IMG/VR virus record: IMGVR_UViG_2724679293_000031
Span: 1 to 18,911 of that record
DNA from: a virus
Lineage: Duplodnaviria > Heunggongvirae > Uroviricota > Caudoviricetes
Reading direction: 5' to 3' (one strand)
DNA: 18,911 nucleotides
Part shown: piece after piece, positions 1 to 8,087 of the stretch
How positions within the stretch are numbered: position 1 is the stretch's first letter
Layout of the letters: every line of letters begins with the position of its first letter
The notes under the pieces: model-generated
The model's input: only the letters and a program-made list of their open reading frames with translations
What the model was told of the DNA's origin: nothing
Database searches by the model: none
Position numbers and translations under genes: made by a program

Positions 1-573
1 ATGTTTTGCGAAGAAAAAGTAGCTCAAATGGCTGCATACCTACTTCTTAAGAGAGGTGGGCGCATGGCATATCTGAAATTGATGAAGCTGCTCTATCTGT
101 CTAACCGCCAGTCGATTTTGAAGCATGGCAGGATGATCGGCGAAGATAGCCTTTACTCTATGAAATTTGGACCAGTCATGTCGAATACGCTGAACTTGAT
201 TCGCGGTAAGGCTGAAGGCATTGGTGACTACTGGTACAACTTGATAGAGACGAACGGGCATAATGTATCGTTGCGTTCAGATCCGAGGGAAATGGATGCA
301 GACGAGGTCTTTGATGAATTGAGTCGTGCAGATATCCGGATTTTAGATGAAATCTATTCTCGGTATGGGCATATGAACCGATTTGATCTCGCAAATATGA
401 CGCATTTAGAAAGCGTTTGTCCAGAGTGGCACGATCCTGGCAATTCTCGTAAGCCTATAGACCTGAAAGAAATGCTGATCAGTGAGGGTAAAAGCGAGGA
501 TGAGGCTAATCGCATAATTGGCAAAATGGAAGAATCTCAGAAACTTAAGGAATTTTCTTTGCAATTATCATGA
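1..573 (+). CDS. Panacea-domain (DUF4065, SocA/GepA-like) antitoxin-like protein; may be 5'-partial at window edge
   Basis: 190-aa ORF with the motif pattern KLxKLLY...FGPV typical of DUF4065/GepA phage-associated proteins (recalled, not searched). Stop overlaps the next ORF's start (ATGA at 570-573). Confidence 0.55.
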   Translation: MFCEEKVAQMAAYLLLKRGGRMAYLKLMKLLYLSNRQSILKHGRMIGEDSLYSMKFGPVMSNTLNLIRGKAEGIGDYWYNLIETNGHNVSLRSDPREMDADEVFDELSRADIRILDEIYSRYGHMNRFDLANMTHLESVCPEWHDPGNSRKPIDLKEMLISEGKSEDEANRIIGKMEESQKLKEFSLQLS

Positions 574-989
574 CGGATTATCAGCCATACAGGAAAGGAA
601 CTGTGCTTGCCCCAACTGGACCATGCAATCATCTTCATGTGATTTGTAATGATCCTGTTTATTACCCCGTTAACGATTGTTATTGTGTTTTAGTTGTTAA
701 TATTTCTAGTATCAAGGATGGTGTCCCCCACGATCCGTCTTGCGTCTTGAATTCTGGTGATCATCGCTTTATCAAGCATCCAAGTTATGTTGTTTACGCT
801 GAAGCTATAATTTGGCGAGTGGATAACATGGTTAGAAAGCAGCGATCGGGTGAGATTTCTGTTCATGATGATATGCCAGAAGCTACATTCAATAGAATTC
901 TGGACGGTTTTGATATCTCTGATGAAGTTACGCCAAAGAACCTTAAATTTAAAAATAAATATTGCGTATCATCTATTGATGATGAGTAA
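570..989 (+). CDS. hypothetical protein, candidate toxin partner of the upstream Panacea-domain gene
   Basis: 139-aa ORF translationally coupled to the upstream gene by a 4-bp overlap; no own SD at normal spacing. Product has no motif I recognise; composition is protein-like. Confidence 0.4.
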   Translation: MTDYQPYRKGTVLAPTGPCNHLHVICNDPVYYPVNDCYCVLVVNISSIKDGVPHDPSCVLNSGDHRFIKHPSYVVYAEAIIWRVDNMVRKQRSGEISVHDDMPEATFNRILDGFDISDEVTPKNLKFKNKYCVSSIDDE

Positions 990-1028
990 ACAACAGGAAT
1001 TGTTTCGGTATAACTTCTGGAGTTTTCT

Positions 1029-1202
1029 ATGGAAGATCAAAAAGCAACCAAGCCACAGGTTAAGTTCGACACAATGAAAGCATTCGTAGGTATGGGTGCT
1101 GCTGTTGAAGTTCTGATGAAGGCTGCTCCTAATGCGTTCACTCACGCTACTGTCTCTGGTAAAGAGCAGCAGGGTAAGCTTCGTCGTCTCAAAGCAGCAT
1201 GA
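1029..1202 (+). CDS. small hypothetical protein (57 aa)
   Basis: ATG at 1029 preceded by GGAG (1019-1022); TGA at 1200-1202 is followed immediately by an intrinsic terminator. Below the ORF-track size cutoff. Confidence 0.4.
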   Translation: MEDQKATKPQVKFDTMKAFVGMGAAVEVLMKAAPNAFTHATVSGKEQQGKLRRLKAA

Positions 1203-1221
1203 TCATAGCTGGTGCTTTTTG

Positions 1222-1250
1222 AAAACCCGCCTTCAGGCGGGTTTTTTCTT
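1222..1250. terminator. bidirectional rho-independent terminator between convergent genes
   Basis: AACCCGCC-TTCA-GGCGGGTT hairpin followed by TTTTCTT on the plus strand; reverse complement also gives hairpin plus a short T run. Sits between the plus gene ending 1202 and the minus gene ending 1250. Confidence 0.6.
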
Positions 1251-1531
1251 TAGTGATTTTCTTTGCCCTTCTGTTTGACTGTTCTGACCTGTTCCCACTC
1301 GATACGTCCTTCTTCTCGCCTTTTGTCTATGTATTCCGCAAGATCCTGAATATTGATGCAACGTTTTGCTTTTTGTGATGTGCCGATGCGATATGTTGGA
1401 ACGGGCAACTTACAAGCGTTTGCTTTTGCTTCTGCCGTGGCTGGACTCATACCAAAGTACTTTTGGCTAACTGCTGAGAGTTCAATGTTTGGGGTATTGA
1501 ATTCAGCCATCAGTAAAAACAAGGTGTTCAT
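1250..1531 (-). CDS. PrtN-family (pyocin-activator/excisionase-like) DNA-binding protein
   Basis: Start chosen at the internal ATG (1531) with GGAG 7 nt upstream. N-terminus MNTLFLLMAEF... resembles PrtN-family proteins (recalled). Confidence 0.55.
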   Translation of the reverse strand: MNTLFLLMAEFNTPNIELSAVSQKYFGMSPATAEAKANACKLPVPTYRIGTSQKAKRCINIQDLAEYIDKRREEGRIEWEQVRTVKQKGKENH

Positions 1532-1567
1532 AATTTTCTCCATCAAAACCGGCTGCACCCGGGAAAA

Positions 1568-2140
1568 TCATAATTCTGTGCTGGTGGCAGGAATTAATTT
1601 CTGCCAGATAGCGGAAACATATTTTGCCTGATGACGGGCATCAGCCAGGGCGTTGTGCCGTTCGCCATCGAAAGGCATGTCCATTTTGGGGTCGAATCCG
1701 ATGGAACGCCCAAGCGTAACGATCGTGCGTACATCGTGGTCATTCCAGTATGCCCACGGGCAGATTTGTCCTGCTCGCTCATAAGCTCCACGTAAAATTA
1801 CGTTGTCGAAGGTGGCTCCGTTACCCCAGACTTTTAAATATTTCGTATTGTCTGCGTGCCGGTTAATGAAATGATTTAGTTCTGAGAGAGCATCGCTGAT
1901 CGACAAAGTATCATCAATACAGATTGCAGCTCGTGCTTCAGGGCTTTGTTTCAACCACCACAGGATGGTATCGCCGTCAGGTGTAGCTCCTTGCTCCATA
2001 GCACTTTCCAGGCTAACAACCGTATAGAATTCTTGTCCGATGTCTCCGATTTCTGGAGTGAAGAACACCGCGCCAATGGAAACGATCGGTGCATCCTTAT
2101 TTTTCCCCATCGTCTCAAGGTCGATCATTAAGTTGTTCAT
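1568..2140 (-). CDS. DEDDh-type 3'-5' exonuclease (phage early gene)
   Basis: MIDLETMG matches the DnaQ-like Exo I motif (DxE). GGAGG SD upstream of the ATG at 2140; stop/start overlap with the upstream gene. Confidence 0.7.
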   Translation of the reverse strand: MNNLMIDLETMGKNKDAPIVSIGAVFFTPEIGDIGQEFYTVVSLESAMEQGATPDGDTILWWLKQSPEARAAICIDDTLSISDALSELNHFINRHADNTKYLKVWGNGATFDNVILRGAYERAGQICPWAYWNDHDVRTIVTLGRSIGFDPKMDMPFDGERHNALADARHQAKYVSAIWQKLIPATSTEL

Positions 2141-2706
2141 CACTTCACCTCCAGCGGCGGTTCCGGTAGCGGCATCCAGTGAGTTGCTTGCTCAATACCA
2201 TTACCCGGCTTAATCGTTGCATCTCCGCGCCGAAAGGTGCTTCCGGTATAGCGTGCGGAGCATATTAGCGGTTCAACCTGAGAGCTATCGAAATTCACCG
2301 AAATAAGCACGTTCTGGCCCTTTTCAGGCATTCGATCACTACAGCTTATCCAACTATCCGGAGTTCCCGGAGAGTTGCCATTTACATCGAAGTTTGGCTC
2401 TGCGTCCTGAACTAGGAGGATGTAACCATTTTTGGCTGTATCAAGTTCTAACGCCTCGGTGACGGTACCGAAATAGCGATTACCTAAATCAACATCACAA
2501 GTGCTTACATCAATGGAAACTTCCATGCCTTCGATTAATTCTGGCAAGTTGTAAGTTTGGCTTACAGGCTCTGCTTCCAGCGATACCAGTGCAATTCGTG
2601 CCAGTTCTTCCGCTTCTTCTGCTGGCAGTACAACGTTGCTGCCAGGTCCGTATGTTTCGCGCCACTGCTGGATTGTCAGCAGTCGCCCTTTGGTAATAGT
2701 GATCAT
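2140..2706 (-). CDS. DUF551 domain phage protein
   Basis: C-terminal ...THWMPLPEPP is the characteristic DUF551 ending (recalled). AAGGAA SD upstream; ATGA overlaps at both ends. Confidence 0.65.
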   Translation of the reverse strand: MITITKGRLLTIQQWRETYGPGSNVVLPAEEAEELARIALVSLEAEPVSQTYNLPELIEGMEVSIDVSTCDVDLGNRYFGTVTEALELDTAKNGYILLVQDAEPNFDVNGNSPGTPDSWISCSDRMPEKGQNVLISVNFDSSQVEPLICSARYTGSTFRRGDATIKPGNGIEQATHWMPLPEPPLEVK

Positions 2707-3218
2707 GCCGCGTTTCCTTCTTTCTTATTAACAATCACACCGTCATATATTTCATTAAGGTGCCCTCTCAACTCCATGCGCCTTAATGCAGATAACATGT
2801 AATCGCATTCAACCTGCTTATTCCCAGTAAATGGCTTATCGTCAGGATTACCCCAACAGCAATTACCCCTGGGCCATCCATGTACTTTCCGTACTCTTCC
2901 GTTAACAACGTGAAGTAATCCCCAGCCGGGAGGTAAATCCTCAACTGAAATAATTTCCGGCTCACTAATAAAGAATCGCCAGTCGCCCATGCCAAGTGAG
3001 GGATTTTTACGGAAACGCTTTTTTCTATCTGCCAACAAGTCAGCACGAGAACACTTCGCCTCTATCAGGCATGATGCTGAATTTCTGAATCCCATAGCAT
3101 CTGGCTGTTCTCCGGTACTGGTTACAGCAACAAAGCGGTCATGAAAGCAAACCTTGAACCCGTTGCGCTTAAGGAACTTGTACGCAATCTGACAGAGTTC
3201 GTGGTGTGTTAACGCCAT
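2703..3218 (-). CDS. hypothetical protein with PD-(D/E)XK-like nuclease motif
   Basis: Start at internal ATG 3218 with AAGGAGAG SD. Sequence ...GEQPDAMGF(x8)LIEAKC... fits a PD...ExK catalytic signature; family not identified. Confidence 0.5.
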   Translation of the reverse strand: MALTHHELCQIAYKFLKRNGFKVCFHDRFVAVTSTGEQPDAMGFRNSASCLIEAKCSRADLLADRKKRFRKNPSLGMGDWRFFISEPEIISVEDLPPGWGLLHVVNGRVRKVHGWPRGNCCWGNPDDKPFTGNKQVECDYMLSALRRMELRGHLNEIYDGVIVNKKEGNAA

Positions 3219-3219
3219 A

Positions 3220-3768
3220 TCACTCTCCTTTGATGCGAATGCCTGTTGCAATGCTGTTTATGATGCTGTCAGTGCATGGGGTAGAAAGCTGGGCATCTCC
3301 AGCAATTTTCATGACCTCAACATCTGCATATCGAATACCGAGGTGTATCAGACCGGCTATGCCTGACTTAAGCCGAGCATTTTCCATAAATAGAACTTTT
3401 GCCCGCTGTTTTTCTGCTTCAAGCTCAACGCGCAGCTTCCCTACCGTTAGCGCAATATCCTCGTTCTCCTGATCGCGGCTTTTGATGTATTGCAGGTTTC
3501 TTTCCTGTTCATCCAGCAGTGCCAGCACGGTAGCCGGGTTAGCCTCTGCTATGAATTCAGCGTTTGCATAAGCCTGAGCATCTGATTCAATCAGGCAGTT
3601 AACATGACATTCCGCAATCACGCCACCGGGTTCTCCTTTCCATTTTTGGCAAACAAAAACTCCTGTTAAATTGCCGTGCTGGTTAACAGATGTATGCCCT
3701 ACGATGTAGCTTCCTTTAGTTGCTTTCTCTGCCTTTTCACGCAGTGCCTGATAGTTAATTTGGGTCAC
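3220..3768 (-). CDS. phage early protein, Ead/Ea22-like (tentative)
   Basis: 182-aa ORF tightly packed in the early-left operon with a coiled-coil-like middle. Family assignment is from memory and uncertain. Confidence 0.45.
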   Translation of the reverse strand: MTQINYQALREKAEKATKGSYIVGHTSVNQHGNLTGVFVCQKWKGEPGGVIAECHVNCLIESDAQAYANAEFIAEANPATVLALLDEQERNLQYIKSRDQENEDIALTVGKLRVELEAEKQRAKVLFMENARLKSGIAGLIHLGIRYADVEVMKIAGDAQLSTPCTDSIINSIATGIRIKGE

Positions 3769-3974
3769 TCTTCATCCTCCAAGTCGGCAACGGCGTCCAT
3801 CACATCAGAACCGCGAATAACCTCAAAAGCACGGCAGGCCATTTGAAATACCAGTTGCTCTTGCGGATGCGGTGATTCCCAATATTTGAATCCAGGGCGA
3901 TGCGCGTACCCCATCATTGAATAAAAATCACCAGCAAGCTTAATCGCGGCATCAACAAGCTCTCTGTTAGTCAT
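3765..3974 (-). CDS. small hypothetical phage protein (69 aa)
   Basis: Start taken at internal ATG 3974, 11 nt after the upstream gene's stop (3986); the track's longer form from 4022 would overlap that gene by 37 nt. Stop overlaps the next gene's start. Confidence 0.4.
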   Translation of the reverse strand: MTNRELVDAAIKLAGDFYSMMGYAHRPGFKYWESPHPQEQLVFQMACRAFEVIRGSDVMDAVADLEDEE

Positions 3975-3985
3975 TCTTTTTCCGC

Positions 3986-4597
3986 TCACTGGTTGCCTCC
4001 TTTGCGAATCTGTTCCGCCCATTCTTCTAGGGATTTCTCCGCATATTCACCGGACAGGCCATCAATCGGGTGTGGTTCATTAGCCAACTCTTCTTTCGCT
4101 GACAGAATCATGCGTGTAACGTCGAAAACTTCACGTAAAGACTTATTGATAAATCCGTGATTGAAAGCAGCAGCAAGACGGCTTGCGGTATAGTTAATCC
4201 CCTCGTTGCGTGCTTCCGCACGAATTTCAGCCAGGAAAGCATCGGTGGCTGGAGTTTCGCTGTGGTGTAGGGCATCGTTGATAATCATTGCAGCAACACC
4301 AGCCTGCCCTGCATCCGTGACCGACACATGCTCAAGAGTTACGGCCATTGCGTGTTTCAGCCCCGCATTCTCCGCCGCCAGCGCCGAAAACTTCTCGTGT
4401 GCCAACTTAACAGCTGCATCAGCCTGCTTAATTGACTCAATCGCTTTCTGTTGGTCTTCGGACAGAGCCAAAATCTTGGCCTCCGCTTCAGCAAATTTAC
4501 GCACCAGATATTCAGCATTTGTTTCATTCACTTTCAGATCTCGTGGTACACATTTCCCGCGAAGAAACCCTTCCATTTCGAAAACATTCATGCGCAT
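3986..4597 (-). CDS. hypothetical phage protein, predicted coiled coil
   Basis: 203-aa ORF with GGAG 8 nt upstream; Ala/Glu/Lys-rich heptad-like N-terminal half. No family recognised. Confidence 0.5.
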   Translation of the reverse strand: MRMNVFEMEGFLRGKCVPRDLKVNETNAEYLVRKFAEAEAKILALSEDQQKAIESIKQADAAVKLAHEKFSALAAENAGLKHAMAVTLEHVSVTDAGQAGVAAMIINDALHHSETPATDAFLAEIRAEARNEGINYTASRLAAAFNHGFINKSLREVFDVTRMILSAKEELANEPHPIDGLSGEYAEKSLEEWAEQIRKGGNQ

Positions 4598-5124
4598 GTG
4601 CGTAACTCCGATAACTCGTTAAAGCGCTCCATAAACATCCCGTAGGCATGGCTCGGAGCCAGTGGAATAACTTTGAACATTTCTGTTGCCGGGATACCTT
4701 CCAGTACTGGCCAGAAAGAGCCATCATCAAGCCCGAGATCGCGGCGTTCGGTTGCCAGCATGATGAGATCGGCATATTTCACAGGCGTGCTCATAACCGG
4801 GGGTAACCCGTATTTCTCACGGATTACGGCGTCTATTTTTTCTTCCATCCGTTTATAGTCAGGAAGAAGGCGTTTCAGTGGAGCGGGAATATCCTGGCAA
4901 TACGCTTCTGTTGCATCATGCATTAACGCTTCAAAAGCAAATTCCTGCGGCACCAGCTGGCTGCAAAGAACCGCATGTTGGGCGACGCTGTAGAAGTGCG
5001 AAAGATGACCGGCAAAGCGACAGATATTTGAAAGGGAAACCGCGATATCGTTAATATCGATGTCGTCTTTATTTATCCTGTCATAATAAAAATGCTTCCC
5101 AGAAAAAGTTTTGATAAATGACAT
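4588..5124 (-). CDS. HD-domain phosphohydrolase (YfbR/YfdR-like 5'-deoxynucleotidase family)
   Basis: H...HD motif (HFYSVAQHAV ... LMHDATEAY). Start at internal ATG 5124 with GGAG SD, giving 178 aa. Confidence 0.7.
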   Translation of the reverse strand: MSFIKTFSGKHFYYDRINKDDIDINDIAVSLSNICRFAGHLSHFYSVAQHAVLCSQLVPQEFAFEALMHDATEAYCQDIPAPLKRLLPDYKRMEEKIDAVIREKYGLPPVMSTPVKYADLIMLATERRDLGLDDGSFWPVLEGIPATEMFKVIPLAPSHAYGMFMERFNELSELRTCA

Positions 5125-5251
5125 TTTGTTCTCCACGTATATGCGCTGCACCGCGCTGAATTCTGGTAAAAAGAATCCCTCACCATCCGGCGATTATTGA
5201 GTAAATTACGTTTCCATAAATGCCCCCGCAGGGGCATTTGCAGTAATGAAA

Positions 5252-5911
5252 TCAGGCGGTGAAAGTACCAATAAAGGTTTCTACTTTGCTGTCCTTGAAT
5301 TTCTCAACAAGCAGATCACGAAATTCGTTAGCCATTTCTTCCTGCACCGCCTCCAGCTGAATAATGCGCAGAACCAGTACAGGACGATCGCCAGTGATAA
5401 TGCTGAGGCGTAATTTAAACGGACGTTCTTTCAGACCTTCAAACGGAACGCATTTAAATTCAAATGCCACTGGCATAATATCTTTGGTCTTCGCTTCGAC
5501 AGACTCCATCAGGGAGCGTTTGCCGCTGAAGTCATTATCTTCAAAATCAGCGGTCTGGTTTGCTTCAATCGTGATTTTACGGACCGCCGCAGCCGCTTTT
5601 GTTGCCTGAATAGCGTCACCATTAGCATCAAAGCCCACAAGGTAGTCGGCCCAGTCTTCAATCCATTCTGCCAGTGACTTCTGGGAGTTACGCTCGCCGT
5701 TAACAGACAACAGGGCAGAGAACGGTGCTGTCTTTTTCAGTTTGAGAGTGGCGGTGTTATCTGCGTGACCTGGTTCATCAATAGTACCCAGGTTAAGCAC
5801 ACTGACTGCTCGCATATTATCGGCATCGATAAAGCAGCGGGTGCCTTCATCTGCAAGATCTTTAGAATAACGGGTAAAGTCATCGATGCTGGCAGTGGAA
5901 AGCGCACCACG
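5252..5911 (-). CDS. DUF2303 (YfdQ-like) phage protein, 5' end lost in assembly gap
   Basis: The frame stays open for 32 codons upstream of the track's ATG (5815) right up to the N-run, so the true N-terminus lies in the gap. Family assignment by recalled similarity and synteny with CPS-53-like yfdP-yfdQ-yfdR. Confidence 0.5.
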   Translation of the reverse strand, partial: RGALSTASIDDFTRYSKDLADEGTRCFIDADNMRAVSVLNLGTIDEPGHADNTATLKLKKTAPFSALLSVNGERNSQKSLAEWIEDWADYLVGFDANGDAIQATKAAAAVRKITIEANQTADFEDNDFSGKRSLMESVEAKTKDIMPVAFEFKCVPFEGLKERPFKLRLSIITGDRPVLVLRIIQLEAVQEEMANEFRDLLVEKFKDSKVETFIGTFTA

Positions 5912-5917
5912 NNNNNN
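5912..5917. other. assembly gap (N-run) of unknown true length
   Basis: Six N characters; the flanking minus-strand ORF is open into the gap. Confidence 0.9.
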
Positions 5918-5951
5918 GATGAGATAAATAATCAGTTAATTAAGAACGATA

Positions 5952-6314
5952 TTAATGACCTTCTGCGCGGAGTTTTCCGTCAGGTTCACCGGCAAGAGTC
6001 AGTAATTGTCCCTGGTCTTCCTGCAGAATAGTCAGGCGACCACCGCGATTGACATACATCGGCGTTTCGGTGGTGTCTTCTTCAGAAATTTTCCCGCGGT
6101 TAGTCGGGCGAACATATGAGAGTTTGTGTTTGATTTTCACACGGTTCTCATCAAACGGTTCGATTTCCAGGTTGAGCGAGACCTTACCTTTGGTTTTCGT
6201 GTTCATCACACCGGAAGCGACTTCACTGAGAACTGCGCCGATTTTGGTTTCAAATACGCCGCCGTCCAGCTCCCCGATAAATGCCTGCACATCAGTACTG
6301 CGTTCGCTAGCCAT
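5952..6314 (-). CDS. hypothetical phage early protein (121 aa; YfdP-like by position)
   Basis: Start at ATG 6314 with GAGGAG SD 7 nt upstream. The track's longer N-terminal extension (to 6500) reads through a structured leader and is not protein-like. Confidence 0.55.
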   Translation of the reverse strand: MASERSTDVQAFIGELDGGVFETKIGAVLSEVASGVMNTKTKGKVSLNLEIEPFDENRVKIKHKLSYVRPTNRGKISEEDTTETPMYVNRGGRLTILQEDQGQLLTLAGEPDGKLRAEGH

Positions 6315-6362
6315 TTTGCTACTCCTCATCATATCGACCCTGCAAGGTCGGTTGGTTTCTCC

Positions 6363-6461
6363 ACAAAACAGAGAAGAACACCTGCGGTGGCAGCCGCCCG
6401 GATGGATTGGGTTATGAGCCCGTCGTCCGGTGATGCTCTTCTCTGTTTTGTAAAAAGAGCG
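6363..6461 (-). promoter_or_regulatory. boxA-like element plus extended stem-loop in the early-left leader (candidate nut/put-like antitermination site)
   Basis: Minus strand reads CGCTCTTTTTACAA (similar to boxA, CGCTCTTTA/TGCTCTTTAACAA), followed by a perfect 15-bp inverted repeat (6363-6377 / 6437-6451) enclosing about 58 nt that contains further short stems. Confidence 0.3.
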
Positions 6462-6928
6462 GTACCAGCCGTAAGCAAGTGTACAAACTGGTACCGCCAA
6501 AGCAGTGGCTGCTGTGGTGACCGGTGCTGATCTCCGGCTTGCGGTTATTTCAGACTCTCACGGGCGTTTAATTGCCCCGCCGAACAGCTCTTTTCCGCAA
6601 TAGCTGCAATGTCTTTCGCGCATCAGCCTGCGCATTCACCACAACGCTGAGAGCACTTAGCCAGTTACGGCACCACACTTTGTCGCGGTTCCATAAATGC
6701 CCTCATCGTTGCACCCTGGTCTCTTCCCAGGCGTCAAACCGAATCGCCACGCTGGTTAGGCGTCTTATCAGCGTCATCATTGACTTGCACATTCCGGCTA
6801 CCTGGTTTGTTTGCTCGAGCAAGGAGTGGATTGTCCCCTTTAACGTCACCAGACCGCTAACGACGCATGTGCCATACGCCGTGTTACAACCAAATTTTGT
6901 TAGTACCTTGTTTGTATGTCTGGAAAGA

Positions 6929-6957
6929 AAGATAAAATGAAGTTGCGCATTATGCAA
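6929..6957 (-). promoter_or_regulatory. candidate early-left promoter (pL-like) overlapping operator sites
   Basis: Minus strand TTGCAT (6957-6952), 17-nt spacer, TATCTT (6934-6929). The -35 lies inside a TTGCG-N5-TGCAA operator-like site. Confidence 0.3.
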
Positions 6958-6992
6958 GTGTTTTTATTGCGAGATATGCAATTTGGTGGGTG

Positions 6993-7016
6993 ATGAAAAG
7001 CCACCTTCTGGTGGCT
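6993..7016 (-). terminator. intrinsic terminator downstream of the cI-like gene
   Basis: Minus strand AGCCACC-AGAA-GGTGGCT hairpin followed by TTTTC, about 20 nt after the cI stop. Confidence 0.4.
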
Positions 7017-7036
7017 AATTGATGTTGAGGTAGGGG

Positions 7037-7729
7037 TTAATTGTGTCGCTTAAGGGTTTGTGACTGACTGATTAAGACCTTTCCAAAGACCATAAACCGA
7101 TGTTCGTTTTCGCTGGTAATTCCCCATTCGCGGTAAATCTGATTATCAGAAATTACCAGCAGTTTATCAGGTATCATTTGCAGTCGTTTGACGTAAATTT
7201 TATCATCAAAACCAAATGCATATATACCATCCCCATCAAACTGATTGATACTGATATCAACGAAGATGAGATCTCCTGGCTCAATGGTTGGACACATACT
7301 GTCCCCACGAACGTTGATAACTTTAATGTGATTTGCTGGTCGTCCACCAAACATCGATACAGCATTATCAGTTCTGTATTCAATGGCATGAATCACATCA
7401 ATGACATCACCGCCCTGGATAAGGCCATTTCCCGCACTGGCACTGACATCCAGCATTTCAATACGGAATACATCCTTCACCTGCGCAACATCCTCACTAA
7501 TACTGTTTTTACATACAGTATTACTTTTGAGGTCTGAGGTAAAGAGATCAGCAATATCAACACCTAAGCTCCTGGCAATATTACTCAGGGCTTGTTCAGT
7601 GAATTGTTTCTGCTTACCTGTTTCGAGGCGCGAGATATTCGCCGCATCCACTCCTATTGCTTCAGCGAGATCGGCGATTTTCATGTTCTTCGCCTGGCGA
7701 AGTTGTCTGACTCGATTTCCTATGTTCAT
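7037..7729 (-). CDS. cI-like prophage repressor (XRE-type HTH plus S24/LexA-like autopeptidase domain)
   Basis: N-terminal HTH (…IADLAEAIGVDAANISRLETGK…); C-terminal GDSM motif (VRGDSMCPTIEPGD) and downstream KRL lysine typical of S24 self-cleaving repressors. Divergent from a cro-like gene. Confidence 0.85.
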   Translation of the reverse strand: MNIGNRVRQLRQAKNMKIADLAEAIGVDAANISRLETGKQKQFTEQALSNIARSLGVDIADLFTSDLKSNTVCKNSISEDVAQVKDVFRIEMLDVSASAGNGLIQGGDVIDVIHAIEYRTDNAVSMFGGRPANHIKVINVRGDSMCPTIEPGDLIFVDISINQFDGDGIYAFGFDDKIYVKRLQMIPDKLLVISDNQIYREWGITSENEHRFMVFGKVLISQSQTLKRHN

Positions 7730-7826
7730 GCGTTTATTACATTTCTTTATTGCGCGTTAAGCAAATCAACTTGCGCAAAATATTTGCGTGAAATAATATG
7801 CTCATCACGCAATATGTGGAGGTTAT
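7730..7826. promoter_or_regulatory. immunity switch region: OR operator-like sites with candidate pR and pRM
   Basis: Plus strand TTGCGC (7772-7777), 17 nt, TAATAT (7795-7800) as pR for cro. Minus strand TTGCTT, 17 nt, TGTAAT (7742-7737) 7 nt from the cI ATG, giving a near-leaderless cI mRNA. Operator-like TTGCGCGTTAAGCAA (7751-7765) and CGCAAAATATTTGCG (7775-7789). Confidence 0.4.
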
Positions 7827-8087
7827 ATGCAATCACCATTACGGAATGTGCGTAAGGCGCACGGATTTACTTTGCAGCATGTTGCTGCGGGCGTTCAGGT
7901 CAATCCAGCGACGCTGAGTCGTATTGAAAGACAGGAACAAATTCCATTTATCGATCTTGCAGAACGTCTGGCCAATTTTTTTAAGGGTGAAATCAGCGAA
8001 ATGCAGATTCTTTATCCGGCACGTTTTCAATCTAGCCAAAACCAGAATGGGTTTAAACCACAGGAACAGGAGGTAAGCCGTGGGTAA
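7827..8087 (+). CDS. Cro-like HTH regulator
   Basis: 86-aa ORF, GGAGG SD, HTH segment (…HVAAGVQVNPATLSRIERQE…); divergent from cI. Confidence 0.7.
   Translation: MQSPLRNVRKAHGFTLQHVAAGVQVNPATLSRIERQEQIPFIDLAERLANFFKGEISEMQILYPARFQSSQNQNGFKPQEQEVSRG

Noticed and set aside
4206-4858. Plus-strand track ORFs antisense to the minus-strand early genes (4206-4622, 4451-4645, 4673-4858)
   Set aside because: Fully embedded antisense in well-supported genes, with low-complexity Ala/Ser/Arg-rich products.
5952-6500. 182-aa version of the early-left ORF starting at 6500
   Set aside because: The N-terminal extension reads through the structured inverted-repeat leader and is not protein-like (many Cys/His/Arg/Gly); a GAGGAG SD precedes the internal ATG at 6314.
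6621-6636. Arg-rich 25-codon ORF (MRRLMRERH...) as a possible N antiterminator
   Set aside because: Too short (N is about 100 aa) and the SD is poor; at most a remnant.
6572-6957. Track ORFs 6572-6940 (+) and 6703-6957 (-) in the pL leader region
   Set aside because: No SD, not protein-like, overlapping the candidate promoter and operator region; likely spurious.
7100-7760. Plus-strand ORFs antisense to the cI-like gene (7100-7537, 7401-7760)
   Set aside because: Embedded antisense to a high-confidence repressor gene; no SD and no recognisable domains.
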